Shown: piece by piece, positions 45,301 to 58,652 of the stretch | How positions within the stretch are numbered: position 1 is the stretch's first letter | Layout: the number at the start of each line of letters is the position of its first letter | Source of the DNA: Schmidtea nova | Taxonomy: Eukaryota | DNA length: 64,000 nucleotides | Reading direction: 5' to 3' | NCBI GenBank assembly: GCA_044892505.1 | Contig: CM097883.1 | Location: 394,630,001-394,694,000 of the forward strand | The notes under the pieces: generated by a model | Databases searched by the model: none | Seen by the model: the letters and a program-made list of their open reading frames with translations, nothing else | Told to the model about the DNA's origin: nothing | Made by a program: the position numbers and the translations under genes

Positions 45301-48029
45301 AAAAATGAGAACCAACAACCAAAAAACGATATTTATTTTTAAATAAAATCAATAATAAACTATTAGTCTTTATTATAAAGTAAATTAAGCTTTCATATAA
45401 AATCAATAATCACGAACAATGGTTATTTTTATTATAAAGAGAATAAAAATCTTTTATCGATCAACGTTGCGCAAATACCGAGGAAAACTGATTGTTTGAG
45501 GAGTGAATGAGAAATCTCAAAATAAATTCCACTCAAAAACAGAAATTTGTGAAGAACTGTTAGAAGATTTCTTCGGAAAATGCTGGATCCTATTATTGAC
45601 AATCCTGTTCACTTGTATTCTCATGGCGCTGACCTTTATAACTTTAGTTGTTGAGAAGTGAACAGATGCTTTCTGAATTCCCGTGTTCAATTGGGAGGAT
45701 ATTGACATAATGTTTGAGCAATTCATTTAGATATATTCCGATAGAAATCAATAACTGATGCCTTGTAGGAAGATTCGTAAAGGTTTTATCAATTCAGATA
45801 TTCCTTTGGAACTAGATAACTCTATTGGCAGCTTAGGATTGACGTTGGGAGATAAGCACGCATAACATTGAAAATTCCAATAGACGTTTAAAATCCGACG
45901 AAAATTACATGTTGGAATAAAAATGTTGAATCGATGGAAGCACACTTTCTTTTGATGTAGAGAGAAGATTTCTGAGGTGATGAAGCGATCCCAGGGAGAA
46001 ATCCGAGTCCTGAGAATATATATGGTAAAGGAAGTGAAGAATAAAACTGAAAGTTTACCTGTAGAGACAACTGGATAGGAGAATTCTATTATTGAGTTCG
46101 ATATCTGCAAAAATCGATAATTATATAACATTAACATATTATAATGTAAACATTAACCAATCAGGTTGCGATATTTACCTGTTTAAAACAATGACCTGGA
46201 AAGTGATAATTGTTAAATAAATTTTTTTTTTGTTGCTTGCATGAAATGAGGAAATCCAGGAAGAAAATTTTAATATGACAGAATTATTTTTTGTAAGTCG
46301 TAAAATAGTCTTTACATGAGTAAATAAAACATCTAGGTCATCAAAGTTGTTTCAATTAGCTACATTGTAATCGATGTAGTTGTCAAGGCCGCGGAAAAGT
46401 TTTCAAAGAATGAAAATATAAAAATTTCAGTAAAATTATAAATGTTATTTTTCTAAGCAAGATAGACAATAGGATTTGAATTTTCGAAAACAAAATTTAA
46501 TTTAAAATCTGAAAATATAGGGATTTAACTAAAATCAATAGATAATAATTAAAATAAATATCTAGGTAGTTCATATCGATACCGTTGCTAATGCCTCGGC
46601 AAATTTTGGAAAAATTAAATAAAAATAAAAAAATTTAGAAAATTACAATTATGTTTCTGCAAGATAGACATTAGGAATAAGGAATAAGTGAGATATCGTT
46701 AAATTTATCGACATAGAAAATTACAAATTTAGGAGAATCTCGAAACTAATAATAAAAAGTTTAGTTAAAAATCATTAAAAATCCAATACCGTGAATAGAT
46801 GTGTTAATAAAATGGGTTACCCTTTTTGATTTCCCGGATTGAGAGTTGATAAGCATATCCGTGAAAAAACTCGCGATCAAATATGTGAGAACTCCTTAAC
46901 TTATTGCATTAATGAATGAACTAATTAATTTTTGTGTATGATGATAATTTAGTAAATATTATACGATAACCAATGTCTTAAATGTTCGAACTTTTCTAGC
47001 AATGAACCCAATGCAACAACTTGAAGAGATCCGGGCGTTATTGCTAGAAAACGCCAAGCACAACAAAAGGGTCGATGCACGGTTGGCCGAACTGGAAGCC
47101 AAGGGCGCATCCAACGTAGATGCCCTCCAGATAATGACCGGCCGCATGGAAAAATTCCGGGCCCGCTGTCGCGAGATGGAGGCGACATGGTCCGATGGGG
47201 AAACAGTGGAGAAGCTCAAGAAGCAAAATCAGATGCTGCTCCAGCAGGCAGCCGAGGACGCCATGCGATTGCGAGCATGTCGAGTTTCCATGCGGGAGCA
47301 GGAGCTCACCAATCAGAAGCTACAGGTAGATAGCGGTCTTATAACGGCCATTCTGCCAAAGCCCCAATTCCCACCTCACGAGCTGTTCCCGGTGAGGGTG
47401 GAGGAAGAGATAGCAGCAGCCGCGGCTCCAGTCAAACCAAAGCGATGGAGGCCCAGTAAAGGGGCAAGGGCCCGCAACAAGCGCCGGCAAGAAGCGCGAG
47501 TTTTGGGGCAATTGAGGGTCGAGGCCTCAAAAATTGGTAGTCTATCGATCGACCTGACGCAGGCACCCTTTTGAACACTTCACATTTTTTTTTTATTGTG
47601 ATTTTAGTAACAAATGTTATCATTTTATTATGAAATTATAAGTTTGTAATTGTTTTTTTTTGTATTTGATTGCATGGAGATAAAAGTAAATATAAAGATA
47701 TTTGAATTAGTATTAAACAAACCACCGTCGGCGAAAATGCTCAAATAAAAATCTCGTAATAAACATATACAGTGATAGAACAGATAAATTAAGGGGGACA
47801 AAAATGGGCAAGAAACCTTCTATCGGTAGCCCTTGGACCCAGGAGATATTCGGTCAATCATAGTTTCGTATTGACGACGCTCACTGATTGCGAATACCCA
47901 CCCACTTGTTACAGTACCAACGTTACATAGTGACGGGTAACAAGGTGGTAATTTCAATGTTTTATGTGTTGAGTTGTTGATGAGAGCCATAGAAACGTCA
48001 AGGTCATATTGACGGTCAACAACCCACCA
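42333..48029 (+). repeat. 3' LTR of giant element (5,697 bp)
   Basis: Copy of 19917-25613; followed by TSD CCTG. Confidence 0.96.
47002..47574 (+). CDS. Second copy of the LTR-encoded 190-aa protein
   Basis: Translation identical to 24586-25158. Confidence 0.75.
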   Translation: MNPMQQLEEIRALLLENAKHNKRVDARLAELEAKGASNVDALQIMTGRMEKFRARCREMEATWSDGETVEKLKKQNQMLLQQAAEDAMRLRACRVSMREQELTNQKLQVDSGLITAILPKPQFPPHELFPVRVEEEIAAAAAPVKPKRWRPSKGARARNKRRQEARVLGQLRVEASKIGSLSIDLTQAPF

Positions 48030-48445
48030 CCTGAGTGATTTTGTAATTCACACAATGGGACTACTGACAGTCTGTTCATATATACCTGCTAGCAAATAAT
48101 TTTAAAAATGCTTGTTTTTTGGTCATTACTACGAAATAGTTATAAGTGAGAAATGTAATTCAATTTATTAACACAACAAAATCTTAAATAAAAATCCGTG
48201 ACAATTTTCAAGCATTGAGCAAAAATTATCTACTCCTGATTTAAAGTGACTATTTTATGATCACACTGACCGATTGTTGGTTGATCCAAATGAATTCGTT
48301 TGTTTACGATCAATCTCTTAATTAAATTTTGTCAATTCATAGTTATTATTAAAATTTTGCTACAACCAAGAATTAATTAATAATAAAAAATTTTTGATAA
48401 AAGAAATTAACATAATTATCTTTTTTCACCTTTGATCTTTTTTTA

Positions 48446-48624
48446 TTATTATTATCAATAATTCTCATAATGACTATAGATCAAAATTTGTTTTTATAAA
48501 CAATTACACAATATTTCGGCACAGCCTTTATCAAGTGTGTCTAAAGACTGTGCCGAAATATTGTGTTATTGTTTATAAAAAAAATTTTTAATCTAGTCAT
48601 TATGAGAATTATTGATAATAATAA
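48446..48624. mobile_element. Palindromic foldback/MITE (about 80-bp inverted arms, short loop)
   Basis: Left arm ...ACAATATTTCGGCACAGCCTTTA and right arm TAAAGACTGTGCCGAAATATTGT... are near-perfect reverse complements out to TTATTATTATCAAT/ATTGATAATAATAA. Confidence 0.85.
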
Positions 48625-49164
48625 AAGAAATTAACATTTAAAAATAGAAACTTAACGAATTCTACATAAAAAGTCATTCTCAGGCTGATATGGAAATAAT
48701 TAAATGAAAAATTAATTATCAATAATATTTTTTATTTTCATCTTTGATCTTTTCGTTTCTATTTCAGAAATTAAAATTTTTTTTATGAAAACTAAATGAA
48801 ATATTTTTTAAAATGTATATCATACGCATTTGAAAAAGGCGAGTCAGAAATTATGTAATTTTAACAAATAAACTTAACAAATTTAAATTACAAATAAGAA
48901 TAATAACTTTAATTTGTATCTATATCATAAAATTAATATGAATATGCTTACTGCTTTCAATAGCTAATCAGAAATTTTATCGTTCTTATGTATTAGATGA
49001 AAATCTTAGATTACTATGTCGTCTTCAAATCCAGTATCCAACATACATTGAATAAATAGATAAATTACAAAAAAATAGAATATATTGTTAGAAATATTCT
49101 ATTTAATTATTATTAAAATTTCATATTTTCTATCTTAATTTAGAAACTTATGATAATAAAGGTT

Positions 49165-49500
49165 GTACGACAATCCGCCAAACGATAATCCGCCAAATCA
49201 TTAATAGGCTGGCGACAATCCGCCAAACGACAATCCGCCAAATCATTAATAGGCTGGCGACAATCCACCAAAGCGACAATCCGCCAAAGCGACAATCTGC
49301 CANNNNNNNNNNNNNNNNNNNNNNNNNNNNNNNNNNNNNNNNNNNNNNNNNNNNNNNNNNNNNNNNNNNNNNNNNNNNNNNNNNNNNNNNNNNNNNNNNN
49401 NNNNNNNNNNNNNNNNNNNNNNNNNNNNNNNNNNGGCGGATTGCCATTTGGCGGATTGTCGTACTTGCTGGATTGTCGTGTTGGCGGATTGTCGGAATAC
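49165..49500. mobile_element. Element with inverted arrays of GACAATCCGCCAA subterminal repeats, spanning an N gap (49303-49434)
   Basis: GACAATCCGCC repeats left of the gap and GGCGGATTGTC repeats right of it. Confidence 0.65.
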
Positions 49501-52500
49501 GGATAATAAATATTAAAAATGGTATACTTTATTTGTATTACTGTTTTATTTTTGACTCTTCCAACAGCATGTCAATTAGTAATGACCTTTCTTGATTATT
49601 TTTTCGATTTCCTTTGTTTTGCTGTCATCTTCTCGTTTTCTAAGTTTTGTCTTTCTCACCTCTTATGTCGATTTTTTAAACATCCCATCATTCAACCTGT
49701 TCATTTCCCGCCAATCCTTTTATTTATTTTTGCTAATATTTAGTTTATTATTTAGGTATCCTTAACAAAATTCATCAAAATTAAATGCATACAAAAAGAA
49801 ACGAATTCAAAACCCATGATAAAACGTTAAGCAGTAAAATAATGCTAAAGAAAATAAAACACTAAAGTACAATACTTGTCATACGAACCGTATTATCTAA
49901 GACGGTCGAGGTAGAGTTGAAACGATAGAAAAGAAGCATATCAAAAGAGAGCATACAATTTGAGTGTAGGTCAGATTTATATACGAAGGGACGCACGAAA
50001 ATTTAATGGGGAAAATCATTGCTCGTATGGAAAATACGCAAAGCAAAATCAAAGACTAAAATCAGTATCAGAATAAAAAAAATAATTTAGAAAAATTATA
50101 GAAAAAATCCACATTAAAATATCGTAATAATTACAGAGATAAGAATAAAAAAGAATTAAATTAAATTTTATTGTTTTAATTAATCAATTAACGTACAAAA
50201 CAACAATGGATACACACATCATTTAATGGAATTAAAAACAAAAACTTTAGAAAATAAATAAATAAAATTATAAAATAAAATTTTTAAAAAATAAATAAAT
50301 ACTTACTAAAACTAATAAGTAAGTTTAAATCGTTATATCATTATTTACATAACAACATATGTGGGCGTCAGTAGATTTAGTATAGACGATGAAAAATCAC
50401 AATCTAAACTTACTTAATATTAATTTACCGTTAGTAAACTTTTAGATTTTGCCAGCCAGTCGGTGGATCAAACTCGTAAGTATGGTGTTATGTTTTATTT
50501 GATTATAATGATTTGCAGCAATCTTTTTGTAGTTTTGCAATAACATTTTGAAGTAAATTTTTGTTTTGTTAATTTGCGGTTAAACCTTCATGATTATTCA
50601 GTGAAAAATAAATAAAGTGAGCCTTAGTGTTTTCCGACCACGGAGTTGCTAGTCTCTTGGTTGTGATCCTTAGAGATTATTTCTATGCGGTGTCTTTAAG
50701 CTAAATTCATGTGAGAAAAAGGGGATTACACATAGATATTCCTAATTTTGATAAAGCTTTTTAAGATGTAATCATGTGATAAGACCGTAAAGTAGGTGAG
50801 ATATGTGTAAGTCCTTCTATCGGCAGCAGGAATCCGAAAAAGAGAATATAGTGAGGAGTAGTTTTATAACAAAGCTACCGTGTAAACTACCAACATAGTT
50901 AATTGAGGTGAAACTATGGGTACACGTGCAAGGTTGTTCGACATTTATGAAGGGCTATGGGTTGTAGTCATTCCTAGTAACCAATAATATTTTTTCTTAA
51001 CAACAGCCCATAGTCCCCATAAAATATACTTTCTATGCACTCGCGGTTCTTTGTTTATCTTAAAAATCCCCTGACTATTATTTAAGTCATGATGAATGAA
51101 AATGTTAACTAGTTTATTTTTAATATAATTTTTAAAATTATTTATTTAAATATTAGTAAATGATGTTTTTGTATGAAAAAGTGATTTAATAAATCTTAGT
51201 TAATTTATAAATGTAAATTAAATTAATTTTACTTCAAAAGTTTTAACTATGGAAGAGTATAATAAAGACATTATTTCAAACTGAACATGACATGAAAATA
51301 TTTCATTTTACACCAAAGCGCATAAATTAAGGGCCAGACAGGCAAAATTTAAAGTTTCTATAATAACAAATTATTTTATATATAGAAAAAATATACATAC
51401 CTACTGCAGATTAGGACAAAGTAAAAAAGCACGGTCATAAATTACGGGCCTACACTATAGAAAATAAGAAAAATTAATTAGGTCAAAAAACACACTTACA
51501 CAATACACAAAAATCCTATAATGAAAAATACAAACACATGGACATAATTTAAGGGACAGTCTTTAATTAAGGGATTTTTAAATTTTAAAAAATCATGATT
51601 TATGATGATATTTCAGAAACGTTTTTGGAATCAACTGTACCATTTATTGGAGAGGATCAAGAAGAAATGTAAACTTACAATTATATTAAAAAATTTTAAA
51701 AAAATATTTTTAGAAATGCAGAAAATGAAGTTATAATGCCTCAAATGGCCGAAACTGTAGAAAGAAAACATCGAACAACGTAAAACAAATTTTAATTTTT
51801 AATTTTTAACTTAAAATTTTATAGATAATCTGAACATGACAAAAAATTATTAAAAGAAGTAATAAAACGGCATGAAAATTATGAAGAATTCGGCAGGTAA
51901 ATAGGTTTTGAACCTAAGTTTATTAAAGACATAGTGTCGAGGTAGAAAAAACTGGCATTCTTACAGCAGGGAAAAGAGGCAAATAAAATAGAATACAATG
52001 AATTGATTGTGGACCAAAATTATTGGATTACTTTGGAAGAAATGAAAAACTTCTTAAATACAATTAGCTGCAATGAATACACAAAAACAATATCCAAATG
52101 TTTAAAAGATAAGCTGATAAAATTATAAAGACTTACTTTTTTCTGTATTTCATAAATATCTAAAAAATATCTAGATAAAATAAATTGGTATTTAACTTAA
52201 AATATTAATAAATTTAAAATATGTTAAAATAGCTTAATTACATAGCTCAAAAATTAAATAAGAAGATAATAAATACCAACTGCCTGTATTAAGTGTCTTT
52301 ATGGCCCTTTATTACAGACTGTTGGTGTATACTACTTTAATTTTGTCAAACATATGTGAAAAATGATAATGATTCATATAAAATCGTTGAAACTACTCTT
52401 CAAATCGTTTACGAAAGCTGACGAGACTAAGGGTAATCAAAAAAGTCAAACTAAAAATGAATTGAAATCAACGATTACTTTTTCTAGATGTCGATTCCAA

Positions 52501-52818
52501 GGCAGAATGGAATCTCTTAAACCGAAGCAAAAATTTGAAGATGATTTTAAAGAAATAATAATCACTCACGTAGTTGGTCACGTAAATGCTCACATGATCC
52601 TGTGACAAAAGTGCTTTGTTATGTCCCTTTGACCTAAGTGTCAAAAATGTCTTTGTTTAAAGACAAATAAAAAACACGACAAAATTTTCGTGGTAAAATT
52701 ATTTTTGAAAAAATTCGTAATGTTTATTTACATACCCACATTCCCTGTGGTGGATCGAAGTATTTTTATTTGAGTGACTCTTTAACGCTGTATAATTATC
52801 TACTATTAATATAAGTAA

Positions 52819-53228
52819 CTAGCTGGGCAACCCGGCGTCGCCCGGGGTGTTTTTTTTTAAATCTCTACAAAAGGTTTTAGTATACATCGTTATGAAAATG
52901 ATAAAAATAAAAAAAATGTTTTTAAAGTTATAATTCTATTTTACTATTCAATAAAATAAAATTCAATAAAGAATTATTTACTTATTATTATAAGTAGCTT
53001 CAATCTAAGTAATTTTGATAATTACTTTTAACATTATTATTTTATGTTATTATTTTATGAATTATTTTAGGTTGCCCCTCGACTCCGTGGTCTTATTAAC
53101 CTATAAAGTCACCTAAACCTTCACGGGTGGGCGCACAACATTTGACCAAAGTTTTGTAGCAATCGGATGAGTAGTATAGGAACGCATACGGGACAGACAA
53201 AAAGACATTCATTTTTAATATATATAGA
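52819..53228 (-). mobile_element. Short non-autonomous Helitron (about 410 bp)
   Basis: Minus strand starts TC (TCTATATA) after an A, and ends with the hairpin CCCGGGCGACGCCGGG then CTAG before a T. Confidence 0.8.
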
Positions 53229-53460
53229 TATAGAAATTTTATAGAAATAATTTATTATTAGTTTATATGTATGATTCATAAAACATAAATATAAGCACAT
53301 GATTACGAGCCATTTGTTGGAAATAAAACAAATAGGCAAGCCAGTTGTTACTACTTTACTAGCACACTCATAAAGAAAGAAAATCTGATTTTAAATGAGT
53401 CAGATAATTAAGTATTTTAATTGATATTTAAGCAAATGCCTGCCATTTTCGAGGGATTAT

Positions 53461-53768
53461 ACCCCAGCCTATCAAAAGTCTCCAGTCAGACAGTGATTTA
53501 CATATTGTAGTTTATAATGAACAGCAATGGGAACAAATGTCAGAAATACACACGAATACTGAATGTCTTAGTATTCGTTATATCACCTTTCATCTGGATA
53601 ACAAGGCACACTCTTTTAGGCATTGAGTAGTCATATTCTGTATGTGTGCATGTTGAAAGTGTGGGTGACCTTTGTTCCCATTGCTGTTCATATTTGCACC
53701 GCAGACGTTCATTATAAACTGCAATATGTAAATAACTGCCTGACTGGAGACTTTTGGTAGGCCGGGGT
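53461..53768. mobile_element. MITE with about 60-bp imperfect terminal inverted repeats
   Basis: ACCCCAGCCTATCAAAAGTCTCCAGTCAG... versus ...CTGACTGGAGACTTTTGGTAGGCCGGGGT, plus an inner IR AACAGCAATGGGAACAAA/TTTGTTCCCATTGCTGTT. Confidence 0.85.
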
Positions 53769-53888
53769 GGCTAGTAGATAAAATTTAAATAAATTTAAAA
53801 AGTTAAATATCCATCTATCTTTACATCACCAACTATATCTAGTTAGTTTACCAATTCAAGAAAGAATGCGACCGACATTTGACGTGCC

Positions 53889-54150
53889 TTATATACAGCT
53901 AGAATATTTTATATTACTGTTATCAGCACAGACAATATAGTTAAAGGTACCTGCTAGTATTATAATTAATGCAGATCCAGTTAAAACAAATCCGATGAAA
54001 AGAATCCATACAAATATTTTTGAATGATCTATTCTATTCTTTATTTTTTGGCTTCCATACAAAACGCCAGTAAATTTTCCTCCTCGGCCAAATGGATGAA
54101 TATCTTCATTGTCATTAACTCGCAGTAAATCTAACGCCACACTCGAAAAC
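53889..54150 (-). CDS. Probable terminal coding exon of a host membrane protein (unidentified)
   Basis: Open frame after a TTTAAG acceptor (~54151), encoding ...KIFVWILFIGFVLTGSALIIILAGTF (TM helix) then a stop; no family recognised. Confidence 0.4.
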
Positions 54151-54323
54151 CTTAAATTAATAATTAATTTTTTTCTGTAAACAAAATCAGCAAATGTGAA
54201 AGTAAAATTTTAAATTCCAAATTATTTTAATTTAAAAATTCTACTTAGATGTCAGTAAATTAAATTTGATAATTTAAATAATGGAATCAGTAGAAAATGG
54301 GATACTTTCCAATGGCTCTAAGA

Positions 54324-54950
54324 CATGGGTATTCAACTAAATATTATGAAAGGCCAAATTTATCTTATAACGGCAATCGAGGGCCGTATCAATTAAAAAG
54401 TTGTTAGTTTTGTAGCGGATTACACTTTAACAAAATATACACGTGTTTTAGTGACTGTTATTCTATTACCAAGTATTATAATGTCTACCATATATTTTTA
54501 TATTATTATGTAATTTTCCAGACGCATTATTACCATTATTTCATTTATTTTTTTAAATTTTAACGCATTTCCCAAGGAATTTGAATGATCGCAGCCGCTT
54601 ATACACATATTTAATTTATTAAATATTAAATAAACCCTGTTTCCTATTCAAACTTACAAGACACCTTTTTCTAACATTTTACTGTTTTTTGCAAGTATTT
54701 TTATTGCAAAACTATCGCAATTTACACGAATTCCCAATTTCTTCCTACCGTTAAAGCAATAAAAACACCATTTTGATCGGGTTTGAATCTAAATAGACAG
54801 CCTTTTCTATATGCCATACATAAAATACTTGATCGTTTTTATGCATCCAAATATTTTTATATATGTGTAATATTCGAAGATATTGAAAGGGCCATTTTCA
54901 AATTTCGGCGGGCCGGATCCGGCCCGCGGGCCGCCAGTTGAATATCCCTG
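54324..54950. mobile_element. Buster-type hAT MITE (627 bp)
   Basis: TIRs CATGGGTATTCAACT / AGTTGAATATCCCTG; 8-bp TSD CTCTAAGA on both sides (54316-54323, 54951-54958); GGCCCGCGGGCC subterminal motif. Confidence 0.92.
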
Positions 54951-55460
54951 CTCTAAGATATCAATGCAAACCACTTCCAGAATGACAAGCATACCAGATA
55001 ACAACAGTTAGTAATAACGTTGATAATTTGTAGCCTGTTTTACTCCCGAATTTGAAATTGAGAGTTTGCGGAGCAATCAATCCGGTCAAACAAATCTTTT
55101 TTATTATTGGAAAATTCTGATAAATTTCATTATATAGTTGTTATCAATATTCAAAAACTTATGAACTGTCGCAAAAATAATAATTGTAATACAAAAATAC
55201 AATTAATATAGTGTAAAGATTGTCTAAAAGGTTTCTGAAAAAAGATGCTATTTTTAAATAAATGAAAAGTTTCTAACTCAATTTTGATTTCAATTCAATT
55301 TTTTAATGTTTATCAATTGAATCTAGATTTTAGGCGATCAAGAATTTCTTTTCAAAATCTTCAATTTAAACAAGTCAAAAAATGGAAAGTTTTCTACAAT
55401 AATTATTATTGAGATTAGGAAAGAAATTCATTTTTTAAGGTAAAAGAATTCCAAATAATT

Positions 55461-55949
55461 TCATGTGCAGTGTAGGAATGCTAAAAGCAAATAAGATTTT
55501 ATTAATAGAAATTGATCTCCAATTGACAAGTTGGTCTTTGGCAACCGGAAATCCTGACCGATGATAACAAGAGTTGAAATGAGCAAGCTCCATGACAGTC
55601 CGTATTGATTGATTTCTGGTTCTGGCGAATAATCGTTTAATCGAGATTGATTGTGATCCAATGTATTGATTTGTAGATTTTTTGAGTTATTCATTTCAGA
55701 TTTGTCTGGATAGTATATTAATATTGATCCAGTTGTTGACAAGCATCTTCCAGTTTGTACGGCTTCTTTACGCATTCCAGCAGCGAAATATTTCTGCAAT
55801 CTATGGAACTGGCAATTGTTTCTTCTTTGAATATCGACTATACAATCTCCACTAGAGTAGAACTGATAATTGTTGTCATTTGATGAAAACGAGTCGCTGT
55901 GAATGTCTTGAGTGAATGGGTATATCGAATCATTGTTAACAGCTTGCAT
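55461..55949 (-). pseudogene. Degenerate NR2-type nuclear receptor fragment (second Zn finger, hinge, start of LBD)
   Basis: DCIVDIQRRNNCQFHRLQKYFAAGMRKEAVQTGR with Zn-ligand Cys replaced by His/Tyr; NLSIGDQFLLIK resembles the LBD signature; first finger absent. Confidence 0.7.
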
Positions 55950-56434
55950 TTTTTTTGATCAGCGTGAAAAAGTGAAAATATGTAAATATTAAAACAACAT
56001 CTAATTTAATCCATTTAATAATTAATTATTTTATAAAATTGAAAATTTAATCTAAGGCACTACATGCAGTTTAAATATTTATTTATAAAGCTTCCCAATT
56101 GAAGTTAATGATAAAATTAAGATTTTACAATCTCAAACAAATAAAGTTCATCGATAATATTCAAAGAATTTAAATAATAATTTTACATAAATTCAGCATT
56201 AAACAAGGGTTGCTAGACGCCCCTGTTTTCAAGTCAATGTTCCGGTGTCCCGAAAGATGTTTTTGGGACCCTCATCAACAGAACTCGAAAACTTTTCTTT
56301 TACAATTTTAATTTCGTCACCGATATTTTTTGCAGGTTTATATTTTCATGTTATTTATTTTGTGTTTTTTATATTAATGTCAATAACATTGTCAACCTTT
56401 TTTAAAATAAATTTTGAAACTTTTTCTACTATAT

Positions 56435-57258
56435 TGTTGGGGTTAGGCTGAAGTAGTGCAAGTAAAATGAGAGTGCGCCGGGATTGAAGGAAGATCAATA
56501 AAAAAGCTGAAAAGCGTGAAATTCACAATTAATAATTAAGTAACAAAAAATTAATTAAAAATAAAAATTTAACGGGGAAATTGGTATGTACGGATGGGAA
56601 TTGGAGAGAGGAGTACGAATATGATAATAAAATATCAATGGGGGTCCCCATAAAAAGATATTCAGTAAATAATAATTAATAAAAAAATTATGAATAATTT
56701 ATAAGCCAAGTAGAAAACTCGAGTCAAGAGGAAGCCCGAGTGCATGGGAGATCCGCACTAATGGAAAGCCCGAGCAAAGGGAAACCCGAGAGGAAATCGA
56801 ATTAACAAAAGCACGGATCAAAGAAATCAAATTAGAGCAAATTATGATTAGCGAAATTCTAATTACGGAAAATCATAATTGAATTTGACTGCAAGTTGGG
56901 AAAACATAAACAATTTGTTAACAAATTGGTAAACTATAAAAGCGCCAAGAAAAACAGAAAATTACCAGTTTGGTCGAAGAGAGTTTTCGGTAGTTTTAAA
57001 GATTGGGTTAGTGAAAAGGAGATTATTGTACAGTAACATTAGCCAGTCAATCGTATCAGAAAGGGCAATCTACCCTTGGTAGACCTACCCGTATCGCTAA
57101 AAAAGGAGTGTAGAAACAATAAAGATTGTACTGATTTTAGTTGCTGTGAATTGTCAGATTTGAATAAATAAAATTTATTGTGTTGGGTCTCAGTTATATC
57201 GTTAGTAAAGGTGCACGAGGAGTAAGAAACTAGACCGACTCAAATTAATAACCCGACA
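56435..57258 (+). mobile_element. Solo LTR (824 bp)
   Basis: TGTTGGGGTTAG...ATAACCCGACA ends; 4-bp TSD ATAT; homologous to 58653-59432. Confidence 0.85.
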
Positions 57259-57849
57259 ATATTAAAATATTTGTTGTCTCGGTTGTTTGTGGTAAAAATC
57301 TGACAACCCTAATTAAACTAAAATTTCGTACTTAATATAATTTTATAGTTTTTAAAGTTTCATCCATAAGACAAATTTTAATCAAAAATATAATCAAAAT
57401 ATAATTACTCACAAAATATAATCACCCACAAAATATAATCAAAAGTTGAAAATAGAACATTTGAGCTAAAAATTACATGCAAAGTTTAGTTCATTACTGT
57501 TCACCGTTTGAGAGGACATCTTTGCATGTTTTTTGTATTACATTATAGATTTTTCATTTAGTTTATAGGCTTCTTCTCAACTTAAAAATGTTTTAAAAAA
57601 CTTCTTTAATTTTTAAATAAATTCCTGAATTTTAATCGTTTTTAAAATTATTGTCCAGATAACCCTTTATAAATGTATAATCTTCTTAATATTCCTGAAC
57701 AAATTTTTTTTATATTTCATCTCTAAGTAGATAACTTCTTTCATTTTTTTCCTTGTATGGCTTTCGTATCTGTGTGGGTGTTAGTTCCTAATTTCTTGTT
57801 TTCTTAGTACTTCATTTTTCAAAATTCATCTTTGTCTTGTTTCTTTTTC

Positions 57850-58560
57850 ATCTTTCATCTTTCGTTTTTCCGTTTTCTTTATGCTTTTTTTTCTATTTAT
57901 TTTTACTATAACGTTTTGATCTGCTGATCTTTTTCCTGAATATCACTTTGATAGGGTTCATTTCAATCGTCTTCTGTTTCGTTGCACTTAATATATAATC
58001 TACTTCTGGTAATATTTCTACCAAATTCTTCATATTATTAATATTTTTTAATAGTTCGGTAATTTTGTCACTATTATTCCTTTTGCATTGTGAAAATAAT
58101 GATTTGAATTTATCAATTTGGTTAAGGTTATTTACTTTAAGTCTATTGTGCTTTTGGATTCGAGTTTTTACCGCAATCTTAATTAATTTCCTTCAGAGCG
58201 TCAAAAGTTAAGATACTCTTGTTTCATAAAATTATTTCTATTGCCTTTTCGTATTTTTTGTTTATTACTGTTAACAATATATGTCTGCTGTATCTCTGTT
58301 CACTGTGTCTCTCCAAAGTCTGCAGATATCCATGTATACCCTTTCGTATGGCTATATTCTTATGATAGCCTTTGTCTCTTTCTTGGTCATTACTTTCTGG
58401 CATGTTTCGCATATTGAGGCAACTGTTTTTATTTAGGTCGTTATGTTCTCTGTGTCAAAATCTTTTTGATTATAAACAGTCAGTAGTGATAAATGAGCAG
58501 TTTGTGCCACGCACAAAATGAAGAAAACTGTACAAATTACATAATAATGATACAATGAAG
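57850..58560 (-). pseudogene. Gypsy-type integrase relic
   Basis: Minus-strand ASICETC (HHCC Cys pair), then IHGYLQ...HILLTVIN...NKSILTFDALKEI, with stops. Confidence 0.55.
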
Positions 58561-58652
58561 CCCTTGAAATCTTTTAGAGGATGGATAGTTTACAATAATT
58601 ATGTAATACTGTAAAATTTCACAATACATTCAAATTTTCTATTTTAACTACG

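Larger units (their letters stand above)
19917..48029 (+). mobile_element. Giant (28,113 bp) cargo-carrying, apparently non-autonomous LTR retroelement
   Basis: Two 5,697-bp direct repeats at constant offset 22,416 with TGTTGGG...CCCACCA ends; 4-bp TSD CCTG (19913-19916 and 48030-48033); PBS after the left LTR; retroviral-type aspartic protease inside; no RT/RH/IN motifs seen. Confidence 0.95.

Noticed and set aside
42333-48029. 5.7-kb duplication as a plain segmental duplication or assembly artefact
   Set aside because: Boundaries fall exactly on TG...CA, with a matching 4-bp TSD outside and a PBS inside. Perfect identity could still be partly a consensus-collapse effect.
51600-52130. Purine-rich exon-like fragments
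   Set aside because: Short frames broken by stops with no recognisable motif; cannot be assigned.
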